A DNA stretch of 30,849 nt. Origin: Verrucomicrobiota bacterium (GTDB taxonomy: Bacteria; Verrucomicrobiota; Verrucomicrobiia; Verrucomicrobiales; DEV007). Below, in pieces: positions 16,378-25,071 of the stretch (position 1 is the first letter of the stretch; each line of letters opens with the position of its first letter). Below the pieces are notes generated by a model, which saw only the letters and a program-made list of their open reading frames with translations, searched no databases and had not been told where the DNA came from. The stretch spans positions 1-30,849 of the forward strand of contig JASFYY010000094.1 of NCBI GenBank assembly GCA_045046875.1. The letters run 5' to 3'. Made by a program: the position numbers and the translations under genes.

Positions 16378-18825
16378 TCACCAATACCGAAGTTGCGCCG
16401 TAAGCGTTGAATCCTTCGCAGAAACAAAGCGCACCCAATAGGCTTGGAAAGCTTCCGGGAATTTGAAATCAACCTGCCCGGCTTCGCTCAAGGAAAAGCT
16501 ACGCATATCCTTCCAATCCCCTCTTCCCGTGATATCAACCTGCATCAAAATAGTAGTCGCCTCGCTAGATTCCAAATGAAGTGTTTTGCGATCATAGCCC
16601 GTCATCAAATAGACATCCGACACCTGACCTGCTTTCACTTCGGAGTCCCTCCAAGGCCCACCCTCACCCACAGGCTTACCGAGTTTCCAGATATCATCAA
16701 TCGCCCCCACCCACAGCGCACTCTGCCCGTCCTCGCTACGGATGACATGGGAATTACCCTTCCCTTGCTCCAGATCAATCCCGGACATCACCAGCAATCC
16801 ACGATAACTGCAATAATCCGATACTCTCAAACGATGGCTGGACACTGGGCGGACTCGGGCAAATCCTCCCGCATTTTCCGCCGGCAATTCATAAAAGGTG
16901 CCATGACAATTAAACAGATCCCGTTCGGTCGCCACCTCTCTGGCCAACCTCCCCCATCCCAGCACTCCTGATTTTTCATAAGCCGCATCCCCTTTAGGCA
17001 AACGGAAGCGCGCTCCCTTGTCATCGATATACAAAACCGATGCAGCATCCACACTTAGGATACCCTTCCGGCTAGGAATTTTTGCTTTCTCCTGCAGCAA
17101 GTCAAAAGCTTGTTTATTCTCAATGTTACGCAATTTCATATCCGCACCCAACTCAAAATAAGCTCCATTCGAAGAAGCGAATTGCAGCGTTCGCCTATTC
17201 CCATTGCGTGCTCGGATCACGCCCCCCACTAATTTGTCATCATCCACCGTCGCCAAGCCCGCAAATAACTTATCCTGCCCCCCCTCACCACGTCCATCAT
17301 CGCCCGAATAAGTGAACCAGGCACTTACCTGAGAGAGCTCATCACCGGCTTTCAACCGAATCCACACACCTTCCTGCTCATCAGAAAAATCAGTCCAAAG
17401 GTATTGCCCCGGATCAAGGCCGATAGACCGCAAGGCTACCCATTCGCCATTGCCCTTGCGATCGATCTGCAAATCCACACTGACCTTCCCCTTGCCAGTA
17501 TGAGACAGGTGCAAAGCACGTCGTTTGAAGCCACTGAACAAAAATGGATCCGAAGTCAGGTTCTTCGCCACATCCTCATTCAACCACACCGCCCCGCGTC
17601 CAATCACAGGCCCCAGTTGATCGAGTTGCTCCGCTTCCAAAAACCACAAATTTGATTGCGATTGCGGGGCCGCAATTTCCCCCTTTGCCTTACGCTTATT
17701 CAAAAACTCACTGCGAGCCGTATCATCGCAACCGAGAACCACCCGCCCCTGCCACTGGCAGAAATCTCCCACCACCTTCAAATATGTAGAACGAGGTAAA
17801 ATGCCCGCACTATTCGCTACCGAAAATGTCTTGGGGAAACGCCAGAACATTCCGTGCATCGTCATCAGTAAATCATCCTCTCCAATATCCCTGATACGTG
17901 GCCATTCCGTATTCCAGCCATGAGCACCGTCGTAAGTGTGGCTCGCTTTGGGCAATCTATAGCGATGCCATTTCCCTTGTTCCAATAACATCACCATCAG
18001 AGACTTGGCATCCCACCCCACCGACCACAATGGATTCTCAGCGGGATTTTCACTGCCATAAATACCGCCAGGTCCCGTCACTTCTGTGAACTGATTACGC
18101 TGAATAATTTCCCATTGCCCCCCATCCTCACCATCCCACTCAGCCAATACCCCCGAAGGAACAAAGGGATCCAGCTTAGCCGCCTTGCCATGTTCTCCGT
18201 TATTAGAATAAACCAAACGCCCCTGACCAGAATAGAGCCCCTTGCCATGGTAACCTGGAAGGTTCGCTTTCACTTCACTCCCCTTGACCTGCTCATCGGC
18301 AAACAAGGTCTTCACTTGCAGACTTTTCACATCCACCTCATAAATCCCCTCCTCCATCGTTCCATAATAAATTTTGTTGGCCGGATCGGACAAATGCCGT
18401 GCATTCCCCGTCATTCGCCCAAACATCGAGGACGGAGGAATCACTCTCACCTTGCGATTTTCATCAATCACATACAAACCAATGAACAACTGCTGTGATT
18501 CTCGATGAATCATCCGATTGGCATTCGTCCCGCCAACACTTTCCGATCGAACGATCATCTTAAGATCACTATCGATCTCATACAGTTTATCCGAAGATCC
18601 CTGCGGTTTATGCGGAGCGTAAGTGATCGCCCAAAGACGCCCCGCCCAAGGAACCACAGCTCCAGTTCCGCATTCTCCCTCATCATTAAAAAAAGCAAGA
18701 TGAGGGTAAATACCACTATAAGACTCCTGAGATCTCCCCGCACTTACGAATAAACATAACCCGAATACTAACAACATTAACCTCACCACAAATACTTCTC
18801 TCTTTGTCTTATGCAGTGTTTTCAT
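16378..18825 (-). CDS. Secreted beta-rich protein of unknown function with a ~190-aa internal duplication
   Basis: Signal-peptide-like N-terminus; Trp/Gly-rich, beta-rich body (SGIYPHLAFFN.EGECGTGAVVPWAGRLW); two homologous blocks in the C-terminal part. Confidence 0.8.
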   Translation of the reverse strand: MKTLHKTKREVFVVRLMLLVFGLCLFVSAGRSQESYSGIYPHLAFFNDEGECGTGAVVPWAGRLWAITYAPHKPQGSSDKLYEIDSDLKMIVRSESVGGTNANRMIHRESQQLFIGLYVIDENRKVRVIPPSSMFGRMTGNARHLSDPANKIYYGTMEEGIYEVDVKSLQVKTLFADEQVKGSEVKANLPGYHGKGLYSGQGRLVYSNNGEHGKAAKLDPFVPSGVLAEWDGEDGGQWEIIQRNQFTEVTGPGGIYGSENPAENPLWSVGWDAKSLMVMLLEQGKWHRYRLPKASHTYDGAHGWNTEWPRIRDIGEDDLLMTMHGMFWRFPKTFSVANSAGILPRSTYLKVVGDFCQWQGRVVLGCDDTARSEFLNKRKAKGEIAAPQSQSNLWFLEAEQLDQLGPVIGRGAVWLNEDVAKNLTSDPFLFSGFKRRALHLSHTGKGKVSVDLQIDRKGNGEWVALRSIGLDPGQYLWTDFSDEQEGVWIRLKAGDELSQVSAWFTYSGDDGRGEGGQDKLFAGLATVDDDKLVGGVIRARNGNRRTLQFASSNGAYFELGADMKLRNIENKQAFDLLQEKAKIPSRKGILSVDAASVLYIDDKGARFRLPKGDAAYEKSGVLGWGRLAREVATERDLFNCHGTFYELPAENAGGFARVRPVSSHRLRVSDYCSYRGLLVMSGIDLEQGKGNSHVIRSEDGQSALWVGAIDDIWKLGKPVGEGGPWRDSEVKAGQVSDVYLMTGYDRKTLHLESSEATTILMQVDITGRGDWKDMRSFSLSEAGQVDFKFPEAFQAYWVRFVSAKDSTLTAQLRYW

Positions 18826-18980
18826 ATTCTATAAAAATAATTTTCTTACCCCTAAAAAGCCCCACACCCCTATTTCGGACACCCAAAATAAAAAAACTTC
18901 TCCAATACCTCACCAGACACTCCCGCAGCCTTAAATAATTCTCCACAGCACGCTGCTCAGTGAACACGAGATCTCCTTTC

Positions 18981-19055
18981 TTATCCGCGCTAATCCGCGC
19001 CATTTGCCTTCGGGTGTTTTCTCCGGCTGTCTCGCTACGCTCGGCTGCGGTTCAA
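18981..19055 (+). repeat. ATCCGCG-unit intergenic repeat, copy C (with nested insert)
   Basis: TTATCCGCGCTAATCCGCGCCAT[TTGCCTTCGGGTGTTTTCTCCGGCTGTCTCGCTACGCTCGG]CTGCGGTTCAA; 22 nt downstream of the SNF2 stop. Confidence 0.85.
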
Positions 19056-19077
19056 CTCTTTCTTATTCTTCCTCTTA

Positions 19078-21780
19078 TCAGTGTTCAGGTTCCTCCCCTC
19101 CCCCCAGCAACTCGCTCAACGTCTCCGCGGTCAAACTCAGCGACCGCCCCGCTCCCGCCAACAGATCATCCGCCAGATCCCCCTTCTTCGCCTGCATCTT
19201 CTGAATGCGTTCCTCCACCGTATCCTTGCAAATCAGCTTGTGCACAAACACCGGTTTGTCCTGCCCAATACGATAAGCCCTATCCGTCGCCTGATTCTCC
19301 ACCGCCGGATTCCACCACGGATCATAGTGAATCACATTGTCCGCCCCCGTCAAAGTCAGTCCCGTCCCCCCCGCCTTCAACGAGATCAAAAACACCTCAC
19401 CTTCCCCGCCCTGAAAACGCTCCACCAAAGTCTGCCGATCCTGGGTCGCCCCTGTCAGCTTCAAATACTCCACCCCTTCCTCCACCAAATGAGCTTCGAT
19501 CAAAGCCAACATCGATGTGAACTGGGAAAAAATCAGCACCCGGTGTTTTTCCTTACGCAAGGTATCCAGCAAATCCACCAAATACTCAAACTTCGCCGAA
19601 GCCGCCTGATGATCCGCATCCTTGAGCAGTTGTGGATGGCAACAAATCTGCCGCAACTTCAACAGCGCATCCAAAAAAACAATCTGCGTCTCATGTCCCT
19701 GCAAAGCCATCGCCTGCCTTACCTGTTTATCCATTAGGGATCGCACCGTTTCATACAAATCCTTCTGAGCTTCATTCAGCACCACCGAGTGCATGATCTC
19801 CGTCTTCGGCGGTAACTCCTTCGCCACCTCCTGCTTGGTGCGACGCAAAATCAGCGGCATCACCCGACGAGCCAAAGCCTCGCTTTTGGCCTGACTGCCA
19901 CTCTTCTCAATCGGCTGACGGTATTTTTCATTAAAACCTTCCTGACTTCCCAAAAATCCCGGCATCAGAAAATTCATCAAGCTCCACAACTCACCCAGAT
20001 TATTCTCAATCGGCGTGCCTGACAAACAAAGCCGGTGGTTCGCCACCAACGATGACACCGCCCGTGTCACCTGCGCCGCCGGGTTCTTGATATGCTGTGC
20101 TTCGTCCAATACCAACAAATAAAAATGCTGTGCCTCATAAATTTCCAAATCCCGCGCAATCAAAGCAAAAGAAGTCATCACTATATCCACCGTCGGGATC
20201 TGATCAAAACGCCGCTTGCGATCACTGCCCTGCAAAACCAACACCCGCAAACCCGGCGCAAACTTCGCCGCCTCACGCTGCCAGTTCTCCACCACAGAAG
20301 TCGGCGCGATCACCAGACAAGGCCGCCCCTCATTCTTGCCCGAAACTTTCTCTGCCAAAATATGGGTCAGAGTTTGCAGCGTTTTTCCCAAACCCATGTC
20401 ATCAGCCAAAATGCCGTTCAAACCAAAACGACACAAAAACTGCATCCAATAAAAGCCCTGTAACTGATAATCACGCAAATCCGCCAACATGCCATCGGGA
20501 ACCTCCACCGATTCGATCTTCTCAAAATCGGCCAACCGCAACGCCAACTCCTCGACCTCCTTCGGCACCTCGACCTCCAGCCCTTCCTCCTCCGCCAACA
20601 AAGCCGCATCAACCTTATTCAACTTAATCGGTCCACCAGTGAAATTAAACTCACTCAGTTGCCGCAGCATAATCAATATCCTGCGAAACCTGCCCACCGG
20701 CAAAGCCAGCCCCCGGCCATCGGGCAGAAAAATCATGAACTCCTGATCCTCCGCCAAACCCTCCGTCACTTCGAGAAAACGATTCTCCACCAAAGCCGCC
20801 AGAATCGGCTGCAACTCAAATTTCTCCCCATCCACCTCAAAACCCGCCGACAAATGAAACCAACCTCGCCCCTCATCGACAATTTCCGCCCGCCAAGTAT
20901 CGGTGCGAAACACCAAGGGCTTCACCACGCTCTGCGGTGCGAAATTCACCACCCATCCCCGCCGCTGCAACGACGGAGCCGCTTCGTGATAAAAACGCTG
21001 CCAGTAAAATTCCGCTTGCGGCCACTTCTTTCGATCCGGAGCCCACAAGGTTCCCGCCTGCTGTGGTGAATCCAATTTCCTCAGCGACTGCGGTGGCTGC
21101 TCCGCGCCCGGAACCAAATCAATCGCATAAAGCATCTTCAAAGCCTGCATCTCCGCCATCCGATCCCGGTGAATCTTGCCCTCGGCAGTAACAATCGGCG
21201 CGGCATTGCCCGCAGGCACCAAATCCCCACCATGATCCCCATACAGCACCCGCACTGAAGCATAAACTTCCGGCAACCAAGCCAAACGCTCTCCATCAGC
21301 TCGACGCTCCACATTCAACACAAATTGAACCCTTATTCCATCCCCCCCCTTCAGCTTCACCTCCTCAACCACCTCCTCGGCCTCCTCCTCATCCACTTGC
21401 AAATTCTGCCCCTGCGTCATTTTCTCCACATGAGGATTCTCTCCAAAAGCAATGCCCAAACGCGCTTCGTTTTTCCCCGCCAAATACTCCAAAACCGCCG
21501 CCGCGTGTTCACAGTTAGTTCCAACCGCACAAGAGCAATCCCCCTCACCCATCAAAGCCCCGCCCTCCTCCCAAATCGCCACCGCAGGATTAAAACTCTC
21601 TCCGTTTTTTTCCGTCACCAAAGCCACGATCTCCACATCCCCCGTCTTCAGCACCTCCGCCCGAACCCGACTGACCTGCCGCGCCCGCGCCACCTTCGCC
21701 CCGCGTGTCAAAGCTCCCGCATCAAAAACCCGCCGCCAATCCCCCTGCCGTAAAAACTCTCCTAACTCTTCTTGATTCAA
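19078..21780 (-). CDS. SWIM zinc finger + SNF2-family helicase-like ATPase
   Basis: SWIM motif GDCSCAVGTNCEHAAAVL; LRDYQLQG, GILADDMGLGKT, VLDEAQHIKN, LSGTPIENN, LRRTKQEV, LISLKAGGTGLTL, DPWWNPAVENQATDRAYRIGQ. TTG start uncertain. Confidence 0.95.
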   Translation of the reverse strand: MNQEELGEFLRQGDWRRVFDAGALTRGAKVARARQVSRVRAEVLKTGDVEIVALVTEKNGESFNPAVAIWEEGGALMGEGDCSCAVGTNCEHAAAVLEYLAGKNEARLGIAFGENPHVEKMTQGQNLQVDEEEAEEVVEEVKLKGGDGIRVQFVLNVERRADGERLAWLPEVYASVRVLYGDHGGDLVPAGNAAPIVTAEGKIHRDRMAEMQALKMLYAIDLVPGAEQPPQSLRKLDSPQQAGTLWAPDRKKWPQAEFYWQRFYHEAAPSLQRRGWVVNFAPQSVVKPLVFRTDTWRAEIVDEGRGWFHLSAGFEVDGEKFELQPILAALVENRFLEVTEGLAEDQEFMIFLPDGRGLALPVGRFRRILIMLRQLSEFNFTGGPIKLNKVDAALLAEEEGLEVEVPKEVEELALRLADFEKIESVEVPDGMLADLRDYQLQGFYWMQFLCRFGLNGILADDMGLGKTLQTLTHILAEKVSGKNEGRPCLVIAPTSVVENWQREAAKFAPGLRVLVLQGSDRKRRFDQIPTVDIVMTSFALIARDLEIYEAQHFYLLVLDEAQHIKNPAAQVTRAVSSLVANHRLCLSGTPIENNLGELWSLMNFLMPGFLGSQEGFNEKYRQPIEKSGSQAKSEALARRVMPLILRRTKQEVAKELPPKTEIMHSVVLNEAQKDLYETVRSLMDKQVRQAMALQGHETQIVFLDALLKLRQICCHPQLLKDADHQAASAKFEYLVDLLDTLRKEKHRVLIFSQFTSMLALIEAHLVEEGVEYLKLTGATQDRQTLVERFQGGEGEVFLISLKAGGTGLTLTGADNVIHYDPWWNPAVENQATDRAYRIGQDKPVFVHKLICKDTVEERIQKMQAKKGDLADDLLAGAGRSLSLTAETLSELLGGGEEPEH

Positions 21781-21825
21781 TGTCTAAGACCTTCGTTCAG
21801 TGATTCCTCATTCACAGCTTCCTTC

Positions 21826-21844
21826 CTCTGCGTCTCCGCGTGAG
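21826..21844 (+). repeat. Short repeat related to the ATCCGCG family (CTCTGCGTCTCCGCGTGAG)
   Basis: Tandem TCYGCG units downstream of vapC, in the same orientation relative to the gene 3' end as copies A-C. Confidence 0.4.
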
Positions 21845-21882
21845 CCCTTATCAACTCTATTCATTGTTACCAAAATTAACCA

Positions 21883-22278
21883 TTATTCCGCTCCCAACCA
21901 TTTCACTCTCACCTGGGGTAAATTCTTAAAATGTTTGTCTCGAGTAAGTAAAAGCCCGCCATGCTCATAACAGCACGCAGCGATCCAAACATCATTTTCA
22001 GGAATAGGACTGCCTGCGTCTCTAAGATACTTTTTAAATGCCGCGAAATGATGACTCGTTGATTGTTTAATTTCAGCAACGTTTACAGCAGATTGTTCAA
22101 GCACGTTCATTAGATTTTGCTCATTCCACGCCGCTCTATTTCCGCGTAAAAAACCTTCTCGAAGCTCCCCCAAAACAATCGCAGGAATCACCAACTCTTC
22201 AGCCCTGGCAATCTCTTCGACCCAACAACCACCACTCACCCAATCCGAATAAGCGTTCGTATCCAATACCACCCTCAT
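21883..22278 (-). CDS. vapC: Type II toxin VapC (PIN-domain ribonuclease)
   Basis: VVLDTNAYS, IVLGEL, IPENDVWIAA, LLTRDKHF carry the acidic PIN residues; ATG 22278 overlaps the antitoxin stop (ATGA). Confidence 0.93.
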   Translation of the reverse strand: MRVVLDTNAYSDWVSGGCWVEEIARAEELVIPAIVLGELREGFLRGNRAAWNEQNLMNVLEQSAVNVAEIKQSTSHHFAAFKKYLRDAGSPIPENDVWIAACCYEHGGLLLTRDKHFKNLPQVRVKWLGAE

Positions 22279-22532
22279 TTCCAATCATCAGGGTTCACCT
22301 GCTTCAACTCTTCTAGATACGACTCCCACCGTTCCCGTTCCTCGTCCGACTCATAAGGCATACAACCTGCAAACTTCTCCAAACCGTTGGTTTTTTTCTT
22401 CCCAGCCACTCCCAAGCCCCTGGCCAAGGCATCCACCAACACCTGATTCATCGACACCCCAAGATCCTTAGCTTCGGCTTTAGCCTGCTTGATCCAGTCA
22501 TCCTCCACCCTCCTAATCGTCACCTGACTCAT
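22275..22532 (-). CDS. vapB: Antitoxin with N-terminal ribbon-helix-helix (FitA/VapB-like)
   Basis: MSQVTIRRVEDD...AK..GVSMNQVLVDAL RHH pattern, acidic C-terminus, immediately upstream of the PIN toxin. Confidence 0.85.
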   Translation of the reverse strand: MSQVTIRRVEDDWIKQAKAEAKDLGVSMNQVLVDALARGLGVAGKKKTNGLEKFAGCMPYESDEERERWESYLEELKQVNPDDWK

Positions 22533-22567
22533 GCATGCACTCTAGCGTGAAATCTGCATGCAGTCAA
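22532..22567 (-). promoter_or_regulatory. sigma70-type promoter of vapBC with two palindromic operators; probably leaderless
   Basis: TTGACT (22567-22562), 17 nt, TAGAGT (22544-22539), 6 nt, then ATG; TGCATGCA palindromes at 22532-22539 and 22555-22562. Confidence 0.8.
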
Positions 22568-22625
22568 CCGCGCCATTATAACTCCTTGCTAATCGATGCT
22601 GTTTCTTAATGACTAGATTCACTCT

Positions 22626-23015
22626 TCACTTCTCCGACAGATCCTCCACCGCATACTCCTCCAACACCGAACGCGACACATGCTCCAGCGCCGCCATACT
22701 GGTCGCCTCAAGCACCACCATTGGTGCTGCCCCCGCATCCAAAGCCTCCTTCCAGCGTGACGCACACAAGCACCACTGATCTCCCGCCTTCAAACCAGCA
22801 AAACCAAACTCCAGCATCGGGGTGGACAAATCATTGCCCGCCTGTTTGGAAAAAGCCAGGAACTCCTCCGTTGCCATGATGCACACCGCATGACAGCCCG
22901 CATCCTCCGGCCCCACCTGACAAGCCCCCGTGCGATAAAACCCGGTAACCGGATCGAGACTACACGGCTTCAGTTCAGTGCCGAGCACATTATATTTCAT
23001 TCCAGCATCAGACAT
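22626..23015 (-). CDS. DUF2237 family protein
   Basis: NVLGTEL.PCS.DP.TGFYRTG.C...D.G.H.VC, GNDLSTP, GLKAGDQWCLCASRW.EA. Confidence 0.93.
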   Translation of the reverse strand: MSDAGMKYNVLGTELKPCSLDPVTGFYRTGACQVGPEDAGCHAVCIMATEEFLAFSKQAGNDLSTPMLEFGFAGLKAGDQWCLCASRWKEALDAGAAPMVVLEATSMAALEHVSRSVLEEYAVEDLSEK

Positions 23016-23118
23016 AAGAAGATTTCAGTAAAGTTGACAAAAACAAGCTAGCGCAAAGTAAATCAAAATCCCCCGCTGTCCAGCAGCTCATGTGCAAGCT
23101 GCCGCGAGTCCTCCCCCA

Positions 23119-24705
23119 TCACTTCTCCACCGCCCACTCAATAGCATTCAGCATCAATTGACGGAAAGCAGGAACCTTAAAATCATCAGGGTGCCCCAAG
23201 CCTGTATAAAACACCTTACCCCGTCCCTCGGCTTTATCGCGAATCCAAGTCAAAGGTTCGGTATCGGTTTTGATACTTCCTGTCATCAGCAGCGTAGCAT
23301 CTTTGGCAAGCGGTTGGGTGAAATATAAAGACCCCGTGCTGTGCCAAGCAGTCGGCTCCACCTTCTTCATCACCGGATGATCCTTCACCACGTTTTTAAC
23401 ATCCGTTCCCGCCTCGTTAGGGCCGTGATTATGATAATTGCCACCCAATATGTCACGATCAAACTCCACCCACTCCATTTGACCTGCCGGCACTTGAAAG
23501 CCTTTGGGATTTTTAAAATTCATCTTAAAAGCATGATTGGCAGTGCGCATGCCCAGGATAGGTTTGCCCGCAGCCACGTAAGCCTGCAATGCCTTCATCT
23601 GCTCATCCCGCAACCCTAAGCGCCGCACATAAACCACCACCGCATCCGCGCTTTTCAAATTCACCATACCCGGAATACTGTGCTTCCCTTGCCCATGTAA
23701 TACCGTCACCTGCAGATTCTGCGTTTCCCGCAACCATTGCGCGAGTTCTGGCATCAATTTATCGGCATGATAATGATCATCACTCACCATAAAGATCACA
23801 TGGGGCCGTGTATCTCCGGCAAATCGAAAAGCAGGCTGGTTGATAAAATCGCTGCTAGTGGTCGTCGGGCACCAGTATTTTTCGATATGCTCCACCACCA
23901 AATCCGTGCCACGAAAGTGGTTCACCTTAGGCTCCATCTGCGGATTGTATAAACTGTCCGTCATGTCACGCATCAGCATCACATTCATCCCCAGATAGCT
24001 CAACTGACGAATCCCGAAGGGACGCCCAAGAATACACATGTTAGTATGCACCCCCATCAGAATCACATTCTCGATACCGCGCTGCTTGAGCAAATAATAA
24101 ATCCCCTTGCCATCCCCTATCGCATCATCAGGATGAATCACAATTGCCGGGTGTTGCCGCGTTTGCGGCCGGGTGCCATGCAGGGTTTTGCCCTCCCATC
24201 CTCCATCCGAATCATCTACCGGCAAAGCCGCTTCACGTTTTTCATCCAAATAATTCCACTTAAGCGGAAGCTTAGTTTCCACAGCAGGCGCATTCACACA
24301 ACGTGCGCGCTGCGCTGTGTCCTTATAGAAATCCATCGTGCCACTCGGCGCATGCACGATGAGGGTCCCTTTCGCCCGTGCTGCCTGAAGCACCTCATTC
24401 ATTCGAGGGGCCATTTCCGCCACCCTGTCGGCACTGACTTTGTTTCGCAAGGTATCCCACATATCACAGACGATGATCGCGGTTTTTCCCGCATCCCAGT
24501 TGGCTGTCTTGTATTCTATGACAAAATCCCCGGCAGGCGCAGGCACAGGCAGTTTTGTATGCTCCAGTTCAGGCACCACCCACTTCGACGCTGCTATCCG
24601 ACTGCGGGTGGACAGCGTAAGGGTTTCCCCAGCGAATAGAGTTGGACTGAAACAGCTCACCCACAAACTCAAGCCTAGCGATATTTTCACAAAAGAAGTC
24701 ATCAT
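23119..24705 (-). CDS. Secreted isochorismatase-like (cysteine hydrolase) + ThuA-like domain fusion protein
   Basis: Signal peptide; TAIIVCDMWD, IVHAPS, ILMGVHTNMCILGRPFG, RDMTD; C-terminal ThuA-like domain (GKPILGMRTANHAF, LGGNYHNH, EPLTW, KVFYTGLGHPDDF). Confidence 0.85.
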   Translation of the reverse strand: MMTSFVKISLGLSLWVSCFSPTLFAGETLTLSTRSRIAASKWVVPELEHTKLPVPAPAGDFVIEYKTANWDAGKTAIIVCDMWDTLRNKVSADRVAEMAPRMNEVLQAARAKGTLIVHAPSGTMDFYKDTAQRARCVNAPAVETKLPLKWNYLDEKREAALPVDDSDGGWEGKTLHGTRPQTRQHPAIVIHPDDAIGDGKGIYYLLKQRGIENVILMGVHTNMCILGRPFGIRQLSYLGMNVMLMRDMTDSLYNPQMEPKVNHFRGTDLVVEHIEKYWCPTTTSSDFINQPAFRFAGDTRPHVIFMVSDDHYHADKLMPELAQWLRETQNLQVTVLHGQGKHSIPGMVNLKSADAVVVYVRRLGLRDEQMKALQAYVAAGKPILGMRTANHAFKMNFKNPKGFQVPAGQMEWVEFDRDILGGNYHNHGPNEAGTDVKNVVKDHPVMKKVEPTAWHSTGSLYFTQPLAKDATLLMTGSIKTDTEPLTWIRDKAEGRGKVFYTGLGHPDDFKVPAFRQLMLNAIEWAVEK

Positions 24706-24803
24706 ATGAAAATTACAGAATCATTCGTTCCGACTCAATGCAACCGCAAATGCCCGCGTTGATGTCCCTGCACGAATCCAAGCTGCTTACAAAAAATGGA
24801 TCA

Positions 24804-24940
24804 AACCGCGGATAGCGCGGATAAAATACTTTGTAATGAAATTATTGCTATAAATTCTACGGCTAAGGTTAAAGTTTACGTTATTTATTTGAATCAATAT
24901 TTTTCTTTCTTATCCGCGCTCATCCGCGCTATCCGCGGTT
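24804..24940. repeat. Inverted pair of ATCCGCG-unit repeats (copies D1/D2) around an 85-bp AT-rich spacer
   Basis: AACCGCGGATAGCGCGGAT (24804-24822) is the exact reverse complement of 24922-24940; D2 has three units (24910-24940) and no insert. Confidence 0.88.
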
Positions 24941-25071
24941 AAAATCTTAAATATGACCTGAACCGAAACGCATTACAGATAGGCGGAGCCAATAGTTACA
25001 AGAATTCTCATCTTCTTACCTTCATCTAAAAATATCCCTACCATCACCTCGCATTATAATTATATTCCACC

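Noticed and set aside
18942..18972. Possible degenerate inverted partner of repeat copy C
   Set aside because: Similarity (ccacagcacg...tgaacacgag) is too weak to support.
15608..19055. Repeats as integron attC sites
   Set aside because: Ends read GTTCAA/GTCAA rather than GTTRRRY with a complementary RYYYAAC, copies occur in both orientations, and there is no integrase in the window.
18960..19520. 186-aa plus-strand ORF and other overlapping ORFs (e.g. 1703-2518, 5099-5860, 14605-15402, 24046-24639)
   Set aside because: Antisense or alternate-frame shadows of well-supported genes, with biased composition and no motifs.
5336..21780. SNF2 genes as DISARM (DrmD), Zorya (ZorD) or RapA
   Set aside because: No methylase, DrmAB, ZorABC or nuclease neighbours; the architecture is the SWIM-SNF2 type, and RapA-specific domains were not recognised.
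23119..24705. Isochorismatase-ThuA fusion as a novel system
   Set aside because: I recall this fusion as recurrent in Planctomycetes/Verrucomicrobia, and nothing in the local context distinguishes it.
24804..24940. ATCCGCG repeats as a CRISPR array
   Set aside because: Units are directly tandem or inverted, with no regular unique spacers and no cas genes.
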